Of a stretch of 64,000 nt of DNA, positions 21,973 through 35,149 are shown piece after piece. The DNA comes from Phyllobates terribilis (Eukaryota), in assembly GCF_046119375.1 (NCBI RefSeq), contig NW_027362960.1, forward strand, positions 930,001-994,000, written 5' to 3'. The position numbers and the translations under genes were made by a program. Below the pieces are notes generated by a model that made no database searches, was not told the origin of the DNA, and worked only from the letters and a program-made list of their open reading frames with translations. The stretch's first letter is position 1. The number at the start of each line of letters is the position of its first letter.

Positions 21973-24812
21973 TGACAGAGATGGGAGGGATGTCATTCCC
22001 CATACCTCCACCTCAGGGTGTGGCTGAACAATGTTTAAATGTTCAGTCCTGGTTTTTTTTCTCTGTTGTGAGTTTGGAGTGGCAAAGACTCCAGACTGGA
22101 AGACCACAGCTCAGAGAGGAGCTGAATGCTGGGACTACAACCTGTGTGGCTAATCCCACACTGCTATGGACTGTGCTTTCGTTTATCTTTTGTTTTGTTG
22201 TTTTGCCAGTAAGGCTGTGTTTAGTTTTGCTGGAGCTGCGGAGATTTATGGCACTAAATAAAGGCTGCAGAGAAAACACGGTTCCTGAGTCTACTTCCGG
22301 AAGCGACCAAGTGAGGCGTCTTATCTTACCACAGCTGGTGGAGAATGCGGGCAAGATTCCAGGAACACGTGTACCTGCTACAGAGACCGGTGGATTTCTT
22401 GGGTGAAGGCTGCCAGCCAGCAGGAGACGTCCGGCACCATGGAAGAGCTAATTAAGCACCTGGTGCAGAGCCAGCAGACCATGCAGTAGCAGCAGTTGCA
22501 GAGCATGCAGCAGAGAATGCAACAGCAGCACCGTGAGCAGCTACAGCAGCAACAAGAGACCACTAAGCTGCTGATACAACAAGTTTAGCTCCAGAAACAG
22601 CAGCAACAGGATCAGCATCACCAATAACAGCAGATCGAGTTACTTTTAGAGGCGATCCGTGGCAAGGCGACGGCTTCCGTCAAGTCCAAGTGATGATGCA
22701 TACATCAGGAAGACGGTAAGGAAAGCGTTACAGAAGATGACCCCGGGGCATGATATTGAGATGTTCCTGACTGTTTTTGAGAGGGTAGCGGAACGGGAGA
22801 AATTGCCGCTGGAGCAGTGGGTGGAGGTTCTGGCTCCATATTTGACTGGGGACCCGCAGAAGGCTTATTACAATTTGACATTACAGGACGCAAAGGAATA
22901 TGCCAAATTAAAAACCAAAATATTGGCACGCTCAGGAGTGACTATGTCTGTCAGAGCACAAAGGGTCCACCACTGGGCGTATGCTGGCGACAGACCTCCA
23001 CGCTCACAAATGTTTGACTTGTTACATCTTGTCCAGAAATGGCTGCAGCCAGAGTCTTCCTCTCCTGCCCAGATGGTTGAGCGTGTGGTAATGGACAGGT
23101 TCATCCATTCCCTACCCAGGCCGGTGCAGACCTGGGTTGCCCAGGGCGACCGTCGGAATGCAGACGACCTCATAGGTCTGGTAGAGAGATTCCAAGTGGT
23201 TGAAAAATCCCTGGGGATACCCGAGATAGCCAGCTCCCCTTACTGGAGTGCCCAAAAGGGAGTGGGTTCACCACGGAAGGGGTTAAGAGCCACAACTGGG
23301 GGCATTCCACTTCCACTGAAGGGGCTGCAAGGTCTGTTGTGAAGGATGTGACCTGTTGGCGATGTCGCAATCCGGGACACGTAGCCACCCAGTGTCATAC
23401 GTCTGCTGAGCCAATGGACTGCAGTCTAGGGAGACGATGTTCATACTATGCTTACCCAGCCTGCAGTGTGGACTGTCAACCCGGCGAGGGGCCGCAGGTG
23501 TGTGCCGTGTCCGTTAAAGGAGTGATGAACCTAGTGACCTCGATCAGTGCCACCCTTCCCCACCAGCTGATCCCCGCCAGATCTTTGGGCATCCGCTCCA
23601 TACATGGGGATGCCAAGAACTACCCAGTGGCCAGAGTGACAGTCGAAACAGACTGTGGCGCCCAATCCCACGAGGTCGGGTTGGTCAAGGACCTGATACA
23701 TTCCGTCATATTGGGGCACGATTTTCCCTTGTTCTGGGATTTGTGGGGGAAGGGATCCAGACTCCATCACGGAGACAAAAGCCAGGACCCTAGAAATACC
23801 TCGGTCGACATTGGAAGTGGATCGGTTTCCACTGTGTGTCCTTGTCGGTGAGGACGAGACTGTGGCTGAGGAGGCCGACCTCCCTGAGTTAGAGGTGCCC
23901 GGAGAGAACTTTGGGGCAGCTCAAGTTCGGGACTTGACCTTGAAAGGGGCGTGGGACAATGTTACGGTTTGTAATGGTGTTGCTCAAGAGTCGGGGGCGG
24001 TACCCACACTTTGCAATTCAGGGGGTACCAGGTAACCAAACAAAGGTGAAGAGGTAGTGGAACAGCTGTTAGTTCCTGGGCCATACCGTCGGAGGGTATT
24101 AGATATGGCCCACTCACATATTCTAGGGGGGGGGGACACCTAGGGGTTGAAAAAACTCAGGAGCGAATAGTGAGGAGGTTTTATTGGCCAGGATGCTACC
24201 GGGAGATCTTAAACTATTGTAGGTCCTGCCCCACCTGCCAGATAACCGAGTCCACCTCCCAAGTCCGTAGTCCCTTAGTTCCACTACCTGTGATAGAAGT
24301 TCTCTTTGAGAAGATTGCCATGTACCTCGTGGGTCCCTTAATTAAATCGGCCCAGGGCCATCAATACATCTTGGTCGTCATGGACTATGCGACCCGGTAC
24401 CCCGAAGGGGTACCCTTAAGGAACTTAGCTCGGGAACTTGTCAACATCTTTGCTAGGACCGGCCTGCTGAAGGAAATCCTGACGGACCAAGGAACCCCAT
24501 TCATGAGCAAGGTGATGAAGGAGCTGTGCAAAGTGCTTTAGATTACTCAGCTGCGAACCTGCGTTTGCCATCTGCAAACTGATGGCCTGGTGGAGCGCTT
24601 CAATAAGACCCTGAAAGCGATGCTCAAAAAGGTCATTGAGAAGGATGGTTGAGACTGGGACTACTTGCTTCCGTTTCTACTTTTCTCCGTCAGAGAAGTT
24701 CCCCAAGCCTTCACTGGCTTCTCTCCATTCGAGCTTCTATATGGCCGGCATCCAAGGGGTCTCCTAGACATCTCCAAGGAAACCTGGGAGGCCGAGATCA
24801 CGCCCCACCGGA
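21973..24812 (+). mobile_element. Gmr1-like Gypsy retrotransposon (decayed): LTR, PBS, SCAN-like gag, zinc knuckle, protease, integrase; 3' truncated
   Basis: MFDLLHLVQKWLQPE...VVMDRFIHSLP (SCAN-like); CWRCRNPGHVATQC; FYWPG and ILTDQGTPFMS. Integrase directly follows protease. Confidence 0.88.
22336..22353 (+). promoter_or_regulatory. Primer-binding site complementary to the tRNA-Ala 3' end
   Basis: TGGTGGAGAATGCGGGCA, 2 nt after an LTR end (...accaCA). It is the reverse complement of the vertebrate tRNA-Ala(AGC) 3' end as I recall it. Confidence 0.75.
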
Positions 24813-24834
24813 GATAACATCTGCGTGACAGCAT

Positions 24835-24942
24835 GGAAAATCAGGGATGTTCGTGGGCAGAGCCGATTTTTTTGGCGCGAACAAGTTGGAACCCCGAATA
24901 CGAACCCGAATTTCACATGCCGAACAAATTGGCTCAAGACTA
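24835..24942. mobile_element. Isolated hAT terminus remnant
   Basis: CGAAC-rich subterminal segment ending GCTCAAGACTA (reverse complement TAGTCTTGAGC, compare TAGTGTTGAGC). Confidence 0.5.
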
Positions 24943-25149
24943 ACCATGACCTTGTCCTTCTTTTTTTCCTGCAGTAGACAAGTCTGCTTTTTTGCGCTCA
25001 AGTCCTAAGAATGACTGAACCCTCTGTGGTTCCAGTTTTGATTTTTATAGGTTTAGCAGTCATCCCAGCCTGGTCAGAATGGTTCTGATTGTTATCAGTT
25101 GACAACTGCAGTGCTCTATTGACCTGCCTACCACTAGAATATCGTCCAA

Positions 25150-28055
25150 GTAGAGGATTTATTAGGGTATTCTGCTACCGGAGATGCACTGCGACTTCTA
25201 TATAATTTTTGTAAATACCCTCAGAGCCATAGATAGGCCAAAGGGTAGCGCTCTGTACTAGAAGTGCCCGACTTGTTCGTTTATATACAAGGCCACCCTC
25301 AAGAATTTCTGTTCTTCCATATAGATTGGGATGTGTTCATAGGCATCCTTCACATCTAGCAATCTCATATAAAACACTCTGGAAATAGCATTTTATGGTC
25401 TCCATTTTGAAGGGCCAGTAGACTAGAAATTTGTTCACCCCTTTCTTTCAAGTTCACTATGGTCCTGAAGGTGCCATCTGTTTTTTTTTTATTAGGAATA
25501 GGGGGAATAGAATCCCTTCCCCTGCTCCTGCACTGGCACCTCTGGGAAATTCTCTTATCTCCTGCCTAGTCCAGTATATCATCTAGTACCCGTCCAAAGA
25601 GAAATTCTCCTTCGCATGGAATTGGGCATAGCTTGACCTTGGACTGAACATCTCCCGGCCAGCTCTTGAGCCATAGTGCTCTAAGTGCAGCTTTTTATAG
25701 GTTTGCCGATCTGTTTGCAAACATCACTGAGTCTGTCGAGGCGTTTGCGAGGAAAGTAGCTGCTCCTTGAATTATATCCTTAGGGACGTTGTTCTTAATC
25801 TTATCCTCTAACTGCTGTAACCAAATCATCATGGATCTGGCCATGCAGGTTGCCCAAACTGCTGGTTTTATTGCCCCTTCTGAAGACTTCCATATCTGCT
25901 TCAGATACACATCCACTTTTTTATCAAGAGGATCTTCAAAGGGCAGGGTAGATCTTTTGGTTGACTTGGCCACCGCCATATCTATTTTAGGGGTTTTGTC
26001 CCACATGGCTGCTTCTTCCTCATCAAACAGACACCTCCTTTTGGATGACGACGGCAGTGGATCCTTTTTCTCAGGCTTCCTTCATTCCCTATTAATGAGC
26101 ATTTAAATTCTTTCACTAACCGGAAATATGCAATTTTTCTTTTATACCAAACCCCCGAAACATAATGTCCTGGACTGTTCTTGGGGTTTTAGTATCTGAC
26201 ATGCCCATAGTAGTTCTTTACCAACTTATCTGTGTCTTCTGTAGGAAAACACGGCCTCCCCCCTGTATCACTATCAGAGGATGAGGAAGAAGAGGAGTCC
26301 GATTCGTCTCTATCCTCAGATATTACAGACTCTTCTGAATCAGCGGCCTGCTGTTTGGGTCTTTTCTCCCTTTTACCACTTTCCTGCTGAATCAGTGAAT
26401 TAATGGAGTCTGTAACTTCTATCCTAATTATGGATTTTAAATCCATGGCAAAGTTGGGGGTTTCTTCAGAGGTGGTCTTCAGAATACAAGAATCTCTTCA
26501 TATATGTGCTGGGTAAGTTATCGCCGCACATTCTTTATCTTTTAGCTTGGCGCTACACCTCTTAGGCCCCTCCTAGCAAAGAACACAGAGAGAAAAGGAC
26601 CTATTCAACATGATGAACATATACGAAGATCACTCACCACTCTGCCGTTCAGTCTAGGGTACCGGAGATGGAGGCTGGATCAGTTCACATGACCGTTCTC
26701 CCCTGGACGTGGTCGACTCACAAACTGCCTTGTTCTTCTGGTTAATCTGTCACTTGTACAGCTGTCACTGCTGCGTCTCTGACGATAACGCAGCTGCCGT
26801 GGTGGCTGTGGCTGCTGCTACGCCTCCAGCATATCCATGGCATCAAGAGGAAATCTAGCGTAGTATAGTTACCCATCATATGAAGGTGACCTTGTCGCGG
26901 TTGATGGGCACACATAAATTGGCCAAATTATGCGCAAAGAACCTTCATTTTTCAAAGTGACATTAGTCTAGATACTATATTTCCTATATATTCATGTATC
27001 GAGTGCCGAAGTTTTCTGCTATTTAGATTATGTTTTTCTTCAGAGCACCCGAATAGACCAGTGAGCGACCCCTTTCTTTTCTATTAATCAATTTTGGGAT
27101 CCCGCTCCTGGAGCATTGCAGCAGGTACGTGTTCACACTATTAGAAGTTTGATAGCCTTTTTTCTGACCATGTGTCCCTCCCATTCAGTCACAGGTGGTT
27201 TTAACTAGCTCTACCAGCCCATACATTGTAGGTTAAAAGCCCAGCAGAGACATATTGTCCATGCAGGCTTGCAGCCCAAGTGTGGCATATCCAGTGGTAG
27301 CGTAGTATAGTTACCCATCATACGAAGGTGACCTTGTCACGGTTGATGGGCACACATAAATTGGCCAAATTATGCGCAAAGAACCTTCATTTTTCAAAGT
27401 GACATTAGTCTAGATACTGTATTTCTTATATATTCATGTATGGAGTGCCGAAGTTTTCTGCTATCAAGAGGAAAGCTGCCGGCCTCCACCATCTGGTGGT
27501 CAACCGTCCACTATATACCGGAGGGACGCCACAGCTCCAGCGTCTGCTGCCGACCTCCCCCCAGAAATCTCGCATTATTTCCGGGTCAGACTTTTCCTTC
27601 CAGCGAGCGGTGTGAAGGGAGCATACCGGCGAGCCCTGTTCATAAACAGCCCCTGCATTTTACTGCCGCATTGCTTTCTGGCACACTTCCTCAGCAGGGC
27701 GCGCTAGATATCCCACTAGTGCGCCTCGCGCTTGCGCAGATCTTGGTTGCCATAACTCCAGCGCACTCAACACGGGGTACGCCAACCACGTTCAACAAAG
27801 TGGTCATGCAACTGCACACCCCAACGTCCTGGCCAGCGGTAGTGTCTCCAGATCTGTCAGCATCCCAGATGCTTGCAGACACCAACCAGACTTGGGTAAG
27901 TTCAATTGTACCGTTACTTTACTCTCTAGGTTCCTTCAAGGACCGGAAACCATATTGATGAAAAGGAGAGGTACCACCCTTTTGTTCAGTAGGTTTCCTG
28001 TCCTTGATTAGTGGATACCCTCTCTCTCAGGTGGTGCTGTCATGGGAGAAGGGGA
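25150..28055 (-). mobile_element. Decayed DIRS-like retrotransposon (gag and RT fragments)
   Basis: WDKTPKIDMAVAKSTKRSTLPFEDPLDKKVD (LAP2alpha-like gag of vertebrate DIRS); RT motifs FKMETIK and DVKDAYEHIPI at 25320-25470; homology to the ZNF intron stops at about 28055. Confidence 0.72.
26854..27463. mobile_element. Unclassified 610-bp insertion with 166-bp terminal direct repeats
   Basis: Repeats at 26856-27021 and 27298-27463; flanking duplication (A)TCAAGAGGAAA at 26842-26853 and 27463-27474. Confidence 0.75.
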
Positions 28056-28134
28056 AAAACAAGACTGACCACAAGACCATCACAGCCGTCTACACATCAT
28101 AGGGGAGATCTCATGACACCTTCTCTCCATCTAC

Positions 28135-28909
28135 CTGATGATCCTGAGGAACATTGGGGTCTTCTTGTTTACGGTCCTGTGGAAGAAGAGGACGGGGACA
28201 TCTCTCTGGTGTTGTCCTCTTACTGGATAGATCTGGAGGAAACACATACAGGGACTGAATTCATTCTTTACATACAGATAATTATAGGCCGTGTGGTTTT
28301 AGCCCTGTCTATTACCTGGTGATGTGAGGGGCTGGGGAACCTCCATCATGATGTCCTTGTACAGATCTTTGTGTCCTTCTAAATACTCCCACTCCTCCAT
28401 GGAGAAATAGACAGCGACATCCTGACATCTTATAGGAACCTGACACATACAATGATACCGTCATCCCCCCGATCCCTCCATAGCGTTACTGTATAATGTC
28501 CCAGCATTCCCAGCAGTGTCACCTCTCCAGTCAGCAGCTCAATCATCTTGTAGGTGAGTTCTAGGATCTTCTGGTCATTGATGTCCTCATGTATCAGGGG
28601 GTGAGGTGGAGGCCCCGTGATTGGGCTCAGGGGTCTTTCCCATCCCTCAGACACAGGGTCCTCACAGCGCTCTCTAGAGGTCTTCTTCACTACTGTGTAA
28701 TCCTGGTTATGGAGAGACACATTAATAAATCTCACTACAGACATTTCCAGAGTCCTCACCTCTCCAGTTCTATCCATCTGTTATTCCCATAGATAAGAAT
28801 GATGTAATGTGACGCCATCAGAATCTCTCACCTCTCCAGTAAGCTGGAAGAGGATCTCTAGGGTGAGGTGGAATATCCTCTCCGCCATCTTCTTCTTCTC
28901 CTTCTCCAT
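28135..28909 (-). pseudogene. ZNF-C: 5' half of a ZNF paralog (exons 1-4, 160 open codons), no finger exon of its own
   Basis: Exons 28909-28832, 28702-28523, 28439-28316, 28232-28135, all open with intact splice sites; truncated by the DIRS element in intron 4. Confidence 0.82.
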
Positions 28910-28984
28910 CCACTAAGGTGTAAGGTAAATTTTCTAGAAGATGGAAGATAATGATGAGAACGACTGAATCTACAGGATCCTAAA

Positions 28985-29160
28985 TGGAAGGAAGATGGCT
29001 GCTCTGTGCGCACAGGAGCTGTGATGAGGTCACAGGAGGGGAGGAGTCAGGGGTCACATGATCAGGGGCCTCAGTGGATGCAGGACTCTGCTGTGCTGGT
29101 TGTCATGGTGCTGGATGAGCTGAAGTTTATGTGTGGGGTCAGGAGGGGTTTACAGTGTGG
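28985..29160 (-). promoter_or_regulatory. Putative ZNF-C promoter block
   Basis: Same conserved block; adjacent AAGATGGC (YY1-type core) and the TCATGTGAC E-box. Confidence 0.5.
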
Positions 29161-30695
29161 ATGTAGCAGAGCCGCGTGTGTACGAGGTGTACGGAGCAGA
29201 GCCGCGTGTGTACGAGGTGTAGGGAGCAGAGCCGTGTGTGTACGAGGTGTACGGAGCGGAGCCGAGTGTGTACGAGGTGTACGGAGCAGAGCCGTGTGTG
29301 TACGAGGTGTACGGAGCGGAGCCGCGTGTGTACGAGGTGTACGGAGCGGAGCCGCGTGTGTACGAGGTGTACGGAGCAGAGCCGTGTGTGTACGAGGTGT
29401 ACGGAGCGGAACCGCACGTGTACGAGGTGTACGGAGCAGAGCCGCGTGTGTACGAGGTGTACGGAGCAGAGCCGGGTGTGTACGAGGTGTACGGAGCAGA
29501 GCCGCGTGTGTACGAGGTGTACGGAGCAGAGCTGTGTGTGTACGAGGTGTACGGAGCAGAGCCGCGTGTGTACGAGGTGTACGGAGCGGAGCCGTGTGTG
29601 TACGAGGTGTACGGAGCAGAGCCGCGTGTGTACGAGGTGTACGGAGCAGAGCCGCGTGTGTACGAGGTGTACGGAGCAGAGCCGCGTGTGTACGAGGCGT
29701 ACGGAGCAGAGCCGCGTGTGTACGAGGCGTACGGAGCTGAGCCGCGTGTGTACGAGGCGTACGGAGCGGAGCCGCGTGTGTACGAGGCGTACGGAGCGGA
29801 GCCGCGCGTGTACGAGGCGTACGGAGCAAAGCCGCATGTGTGCGAGGCGTACGGTGCGGAGCCGCTTGTGTGCGAGGCGTACGGTGCGGAGCCGCTTGTG
29901 TGCGAGGCGTACGGAGCGGAGCCGCTTGTGTACGAGGTGTACGGAGCGGAACCGCACGTGTACGAGGTGTACGGAGCAGAGCCGCGTGTGTACGAGGTGT
30001 ACGGAGCGGAGCCGCGTGTGTACGAGGCGTACGGAGCGGGGCCACGTGTGTACGAGGCGTACGGAGCAGAGCCGCGTGTGTGAGGCGTACGGAGCGGAGC
30101 CGCGCGTGTACGAGGCGTACGGAGCGGGGCCACGTGTGTACGAGGCGTACGGAGCAGAGCCGCGTGTGTACGAGGCGTACGGAGCAAAGCCGCGTGTGTA
30201 CGAGGCGTACGGAGCGGAGCCGCGTGTGTGCGAGGCGTACGGAGCGGAGCCGCGTGTGTGCGAGGCGTACAGAGCGGAGCCGCGTGTGTGCGAGGCGTAC
30301 AGAGCGGAGCCGCGTGTGTGCGAGGCGTACAGAGCGGAGCCGCGTGTGTGCGAGGCGTACAGAGCGGAGCCGCGTGTGTGCGAGGCGTACAGAGCAGAGC
30401 CGCGTGTGCACGAGGTGTACGCAGCGGGGCCACGTGTGTACGAGGCGTACGGAGCAGAGCTGCGTGTGTACGAGGCGTACGGAGCAGAGCTGCGTGTGTA
30501 CGAGGCGTACGAAGCGGAGCCGCGTGTGTGCGAGATGTTCGGAGCGGAGCCGCGTGTGTACGAGGTGTACGGAGCGGAGCCGCGTGTGTACGAGGTGTGC
30601 GGAGCGGAGCCGCGTGTGTGCGAGGTGTACGGAGCGGAGCCGCGTGTGTACGAGGTGTACGGAGCGGGGCCACGTGTGTACGAGGTGTACGGAGA
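29160..30695. repeat. 30-bp VNTR, about 51 units
   Basis: gtgtacgaggtgtacggagcagagccgcgt and variants, arranged in homogenised blocks. Confidence 0.95.
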
Positions 30696-30949
30696 GGAGT
30701 ATCCCTATTTATCTATCTGCACCCTCTGAATAGAGCGAGTTCTGCGTCACTAAGATGAATGATGATGGGAGTGTATGTGCATGAAGGAAGCTGTCAGTTT
30801 CTATGCACCTTCACTTACTTCACTATGGCTGTATACATGTTTGTATGTATTTCAGCCATTAACTCCTTGTTCGGTCTAAGATGATGTAAGGTGGCTTTCG
30901 GACACACAGTTGATGGGAGGTATATATCACAGAGGTGGTTGTCCTAGAC

Positions 30950-32515
30950 CAGGGGTCTCAAACTCAGCTGGGCATATGGGCCGCACATGGAAAAACATTT
31001 AATTTGGGGGGCCGCATTATTTGCATGACAAAGTGACATTTTTAGTGATACCATTTTATTTTCTATACACCTTTTGAACTGGTCCTCATCTTGCAGACAT
31101 GGTCTCCCCTCCAGGTCCCCCATATTGCAGACATGGTCTCCCCTCCAGGTCCGCCATATTGCAGACATGGTCTCCCCTCCAGGTCCCCCATATAGCAGAC
31201 ATGGTCCCCCATCCAGGTCCCCCATGCAGCAGACATGGTCTCCCATCCAGGTCCTCCATATTGCCGACATGGTCCCCCATATTGCCGACATGGTCCCCCA
31301 TATTGCAGACGTGGCCTTCATATTGCAGACATGGTCCCCCATCCAGGTCCCCCATCCAGCAGACATGGTCTCCCATCCAGGTCCTCCATATTGCAGACAT
31401 GGTCCCCCATATTGCCGACATGGTCCCCCATCCAGGTCCCCCATATTGCAGACATGGCCTTCATATTGCAGACATGGTCCCCATATTGCAGACATGGTCC
31501 CCCATCCAGGTCCCCCATATCGCAGACATGGCCTTCATATTGCAGACATGGTCCCCCATCCAGGTCCCCCCATATTGCAGACATGGTCCCCCATCCAGGT
31601 CCCCCATATTGCAGACATGGTCCCCCATATTACAGACATGGTCCCCCATCCTGGTCCTTATGTTGCAGACATGTCCCCCATCCAGGTCCCCATGTTGCAG
31701 ACATGTCCCCCATCCAGGTGTCCCCCCCATACTGCGCACATGGCCGCCCCCCCCCATACTGCGCACAGGGTCCCCGTCCCCCCATATTGCACTCAGGGTC
31801 CCCATCCCCCCATACTGCACTCAGGGTCCCCGCCCCCCCCATACAGCGCTCAGGGTCCCAGCCCACCCCATACAGCGCTCAGGATCCTCGTCCCCCCCCA
31901 TACTGCGCTCAGGGTCCCCGTCCCCCGCCATACAGCGCTCATGGTCCCCGTCCCCCCATACTGCACTCAGGGTCCCCCCCCATACTGCGCTCATGGTCCC
32001 CGTCCCCCTATACTGCGCTCAGGGTCCCCGTCCCCCCATACTGCACACGGTGCCCCCCTCCCTATACTGAGCACAGGTCCCCTGTGCTGTATTTGACATG
32101 ACAGAGAAAAAAAAATATATATATTCTCACCTGTCCTCCGTTCCCTCGGCGTCCTTTCTGCACCTGTGGCCCGCAGGCACAGACCCCGTAACGATCGCGG
32201 CTTTCTCCAGCAGCCGCCAATATCAGCGCTGTAGTGCAGTGTATTGCCGCGCAGAGACCGGCTCTCTGCACAGCAATACCAGTGCCAGCCACCGACCTAT
32301 CAGAGGCCAGCAGCTGACATCTGTACATGGCAGTGACGTCACACGTCGCCGCGCTGGGACGCAGAGGTCAGCTGCTGGCCTCTGATAGGCCGGTGGCTGG
32401 CACTGATATTGCTGTGCAGATAGACGGTCTCTGCACGGCAATACACTGCAATACAGCGCTGATATCGGCGGCTGCTGGAGAGAGCCGCGATCATTACGGG
32501 GTCTATGTGCCGCAT
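30950..32515. mobile_element. Charlie/Buster-type hAT MITE, right half truncated; internal minisatellite of about 34 bp and a central hairpin
   Basis: Starts CAGGGGTCTCAAAC after TCCTAGAC (nnnTAnnn target). gcagacatggtcccccat repeats at 31090-32080. Inverted arms 32177-32325 / 32362-32512. Confidence 0.72.
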
Positions 32516-35149
32516 CGGTTTATGAAGAACCAATAACCCAGCAAGGACATATAAATGGAAACGGTTCCCGTGTTACCTCACCACGCACCCAAGTGAGTAG
32601 CATTCCCACAATGGGTGTTAGAAATACGGGCAGAGTTCCCAGGGAACACGTGTGACTGCTACAGAGGTACTGCATGCCCTGGACGAAGGCAGCCATAAGC
32701 CAGCAAATAACATCAGATAGCATGGAGAACCTAGTGAAACACCTGGTACAAGCCCAGCTGTAGCAGCAGAACCGACAACAGCTGGCGCAACAGGAGCCAA
32801 ATAAGCTGCTTATGCGACAGAGGTTCGTGGCATGGCGGTAGATTCGACTCCAAGGTCAGCTGATGATGTCTCCATCCAGAAGGCAGTAAGGAGAGCCCTG
32901 CAGAAAATGACCAAGGGTGACGACACAGAGGCCATTTTTGAAAGATTCGACGAGAGGGAGAAACTCTCACCAGGGCAATGTGCTGATGCCATACTTAACG
33001 GGGGAGCTCCAGAAGGCCTACTCTGACTTAGCCTTAAAAGATGCGCTTAGGAGTGACAATGACTGTCAGGGTACAACGTGTCCACCGCTTGGCATATCAC
33101 TGTGACAAACCCCCTCCCTACCAAATGTTTGATTTGCTGAACCACGTTCAAAAATGGTTGCAGGCAAAGACCTCTACCCCTGTGCAGATGGTAGAGCGAG
33201 TGGTAATGTACCGGTTTCTGCACTCCTTTCCGAGGCCAATACAGACTTGGGTTGCCCAGGGGGATCCCCGGAATACGGATGACCTGGTCAGTCTGTTCGA
33301 AAGATATCACGGGGTCGATAGTTCCTTGGGGACACCCAAAAAGGGGTGGGTCGTCCAAGATCAAAAGGCTCAGGGGAGGTTATACCAAAGGTTCCAGCTG
33401 TCAACATATGATGGAAATATCACGGCCCAGGCCATATAGCACCGCATTGTCCCCTGACTTCCGAGCAGATGGACTGTAGCCTGGGTTGCCACTGTTCATA
33501 CTATGTGTATCCAGTTTGCAGTGCGATCTTTCCATGCAATAAGGGGCCACAAGCTTGTCCCGTAATGGGGAATGGTCAGCAAGTGACTGGACTGCTAGTC
33601 TTAGAAAGTTTGTTGACCCTAGTGAGGGCCACATTTCCTCTCCAGCTGATCCCTGGAAAGAAGGTTGACGTCAATTGCTTTCACGAGGATGCTAAAGGCT
33701 ATCCAGTGGCCAGAGTGGACATTGGAATGGGCCAAGGTACTGAGTCCCACGAGATTGGCGTGGTCTAGGACTTACTGCACCCCATTATTATAGGCCAGGA
33801 CTTTTGTTTGTTTTGGGACTTTTGGAGGAGGGCGACAGTGCTCGATTAAGAGACGGGTCACCCCTAAAGAACTGTTACCACACTCAGAGTCTGACGGGTT
33901 TCCCTTCTGTGTCCTTGTGGGGGATGACAAGGTAGTGTCCCTTGGGGCCAACATACCTGATGTAGGGGTGACCGGTGAAAATGTTAGGTCCGCCCGTGAT
34001 AGGGAGCTAATGCTAAAGGAGACATTACATAATGTAACTGTCTTAAACAGTATAGCGCAAGAGCCAGGGGCTGACACCAGGTTTCCCTATTTTATGTTGA
34101 GTGGGGAGTTATTGTACAGCGTTATTACGGTCAGAGAGGAAATAGTGGAGCAATTGTTGGTACCCTGACCATGTAGATGAAGGATGATGGACATGGTCCA
34201 TTTACATGTCTTGACCATTTGGATGTGGATAAAAGTGGATAAGTGGTTGTGCGGAGGTTCTATTGGCCTGGATATCACCAGGAAATCTTAAAGTATTGCA
34301 GGTCCTGTCCCACCTGCCAGATAATCGCCCCTCCTCTCACTTTCGACGTCCCCTCGTACCATTACCCATCATAGAAGTGCCGTTTGAACGAATTGCCATG
34401 GACTGGGTCCATCACCTGGTTAAATCTGCTTGTGGGCATCAATACATATTGTTCATCCTTGACTATGCTACGTGGTGCCCTGAAGCAGTTCCACTGAGAA
34501 ACTCCTCTGTGGTAAGTAAAGCACACGAGTTGGTACACATTTTTTCCTGGACCGGATTAACGGGGGAGATACTTACCGACCAAGGAAAAGCCTTTATGAG
34601 TAAGGTGATGAGGGAACTGTGTAAGGCCCTACAAATTACACAACTGAAGACATCCATGTACCATCCCAGATGGATGGCCTTGTGGAAAGGTTAAATAAAA
34701 CATTGAAGAGTATGCTTAAGTAGGTCATATAGAAGGACGGTCAAGACTGGGACTGTCTCCTCCCGTATCTGTTGTTTTCTATCCGGGAGGTTCCACAAGC
34801 CTCAACCGGATTCTCTCCATTTGAACTTCTATATGGTCGACATGCAATGGGTCTCCTTGATATAGCGAAGGATTCCTGGGAAGCCGAGGTTACGCCCCAA
34901 TCGGAGCATCATTGAGGATGTCACTAAAATGTAGGAGTTGATTGCGAAGGTGATGCCCGTCATAAAAGGACATTTCCTCCAGGCACAAGGGGCTCAATCT
35001 AGGGTCTACAACTGGTCAGCCAGGGTGAGGCAGTTCAGCCCCGGGGACAGAGTCCTTGTACTAATTCCCACAGTGGAGAGTTTTTGGCCAAATGGTAAGA
35101 CCCCTATGAGGTGGTAGAGAAGCTTGGTGAAGGGAACTACAAAGTCCAT

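Noticed and set aside
27000-27050. Hammerhead core CTGAAGA...GAAA on the minus strand
   Set aside because: No stem II can form between the two core words.
27190-27275. Twister-like words GGTTAAAAGCCC-AGCAGAG and ATGCAGGC in the repeat-unique-repeat insert
   Set aside because: The T1 pseudoknot does not pair, P4 has only 2 good pairs, and the UAA cleavage loop is not placed correctly; at most a decayed or chance match.
29006-30758. Long ORFs of 240-517 aa with YEAYGAEPRV or RTPRT repeats (also 18345-19046 and 48489-49793)
   Set aside because: They arise from a stop-free 30-bp repeat that is open in several frames on both strands; there is no gene structure or domain.
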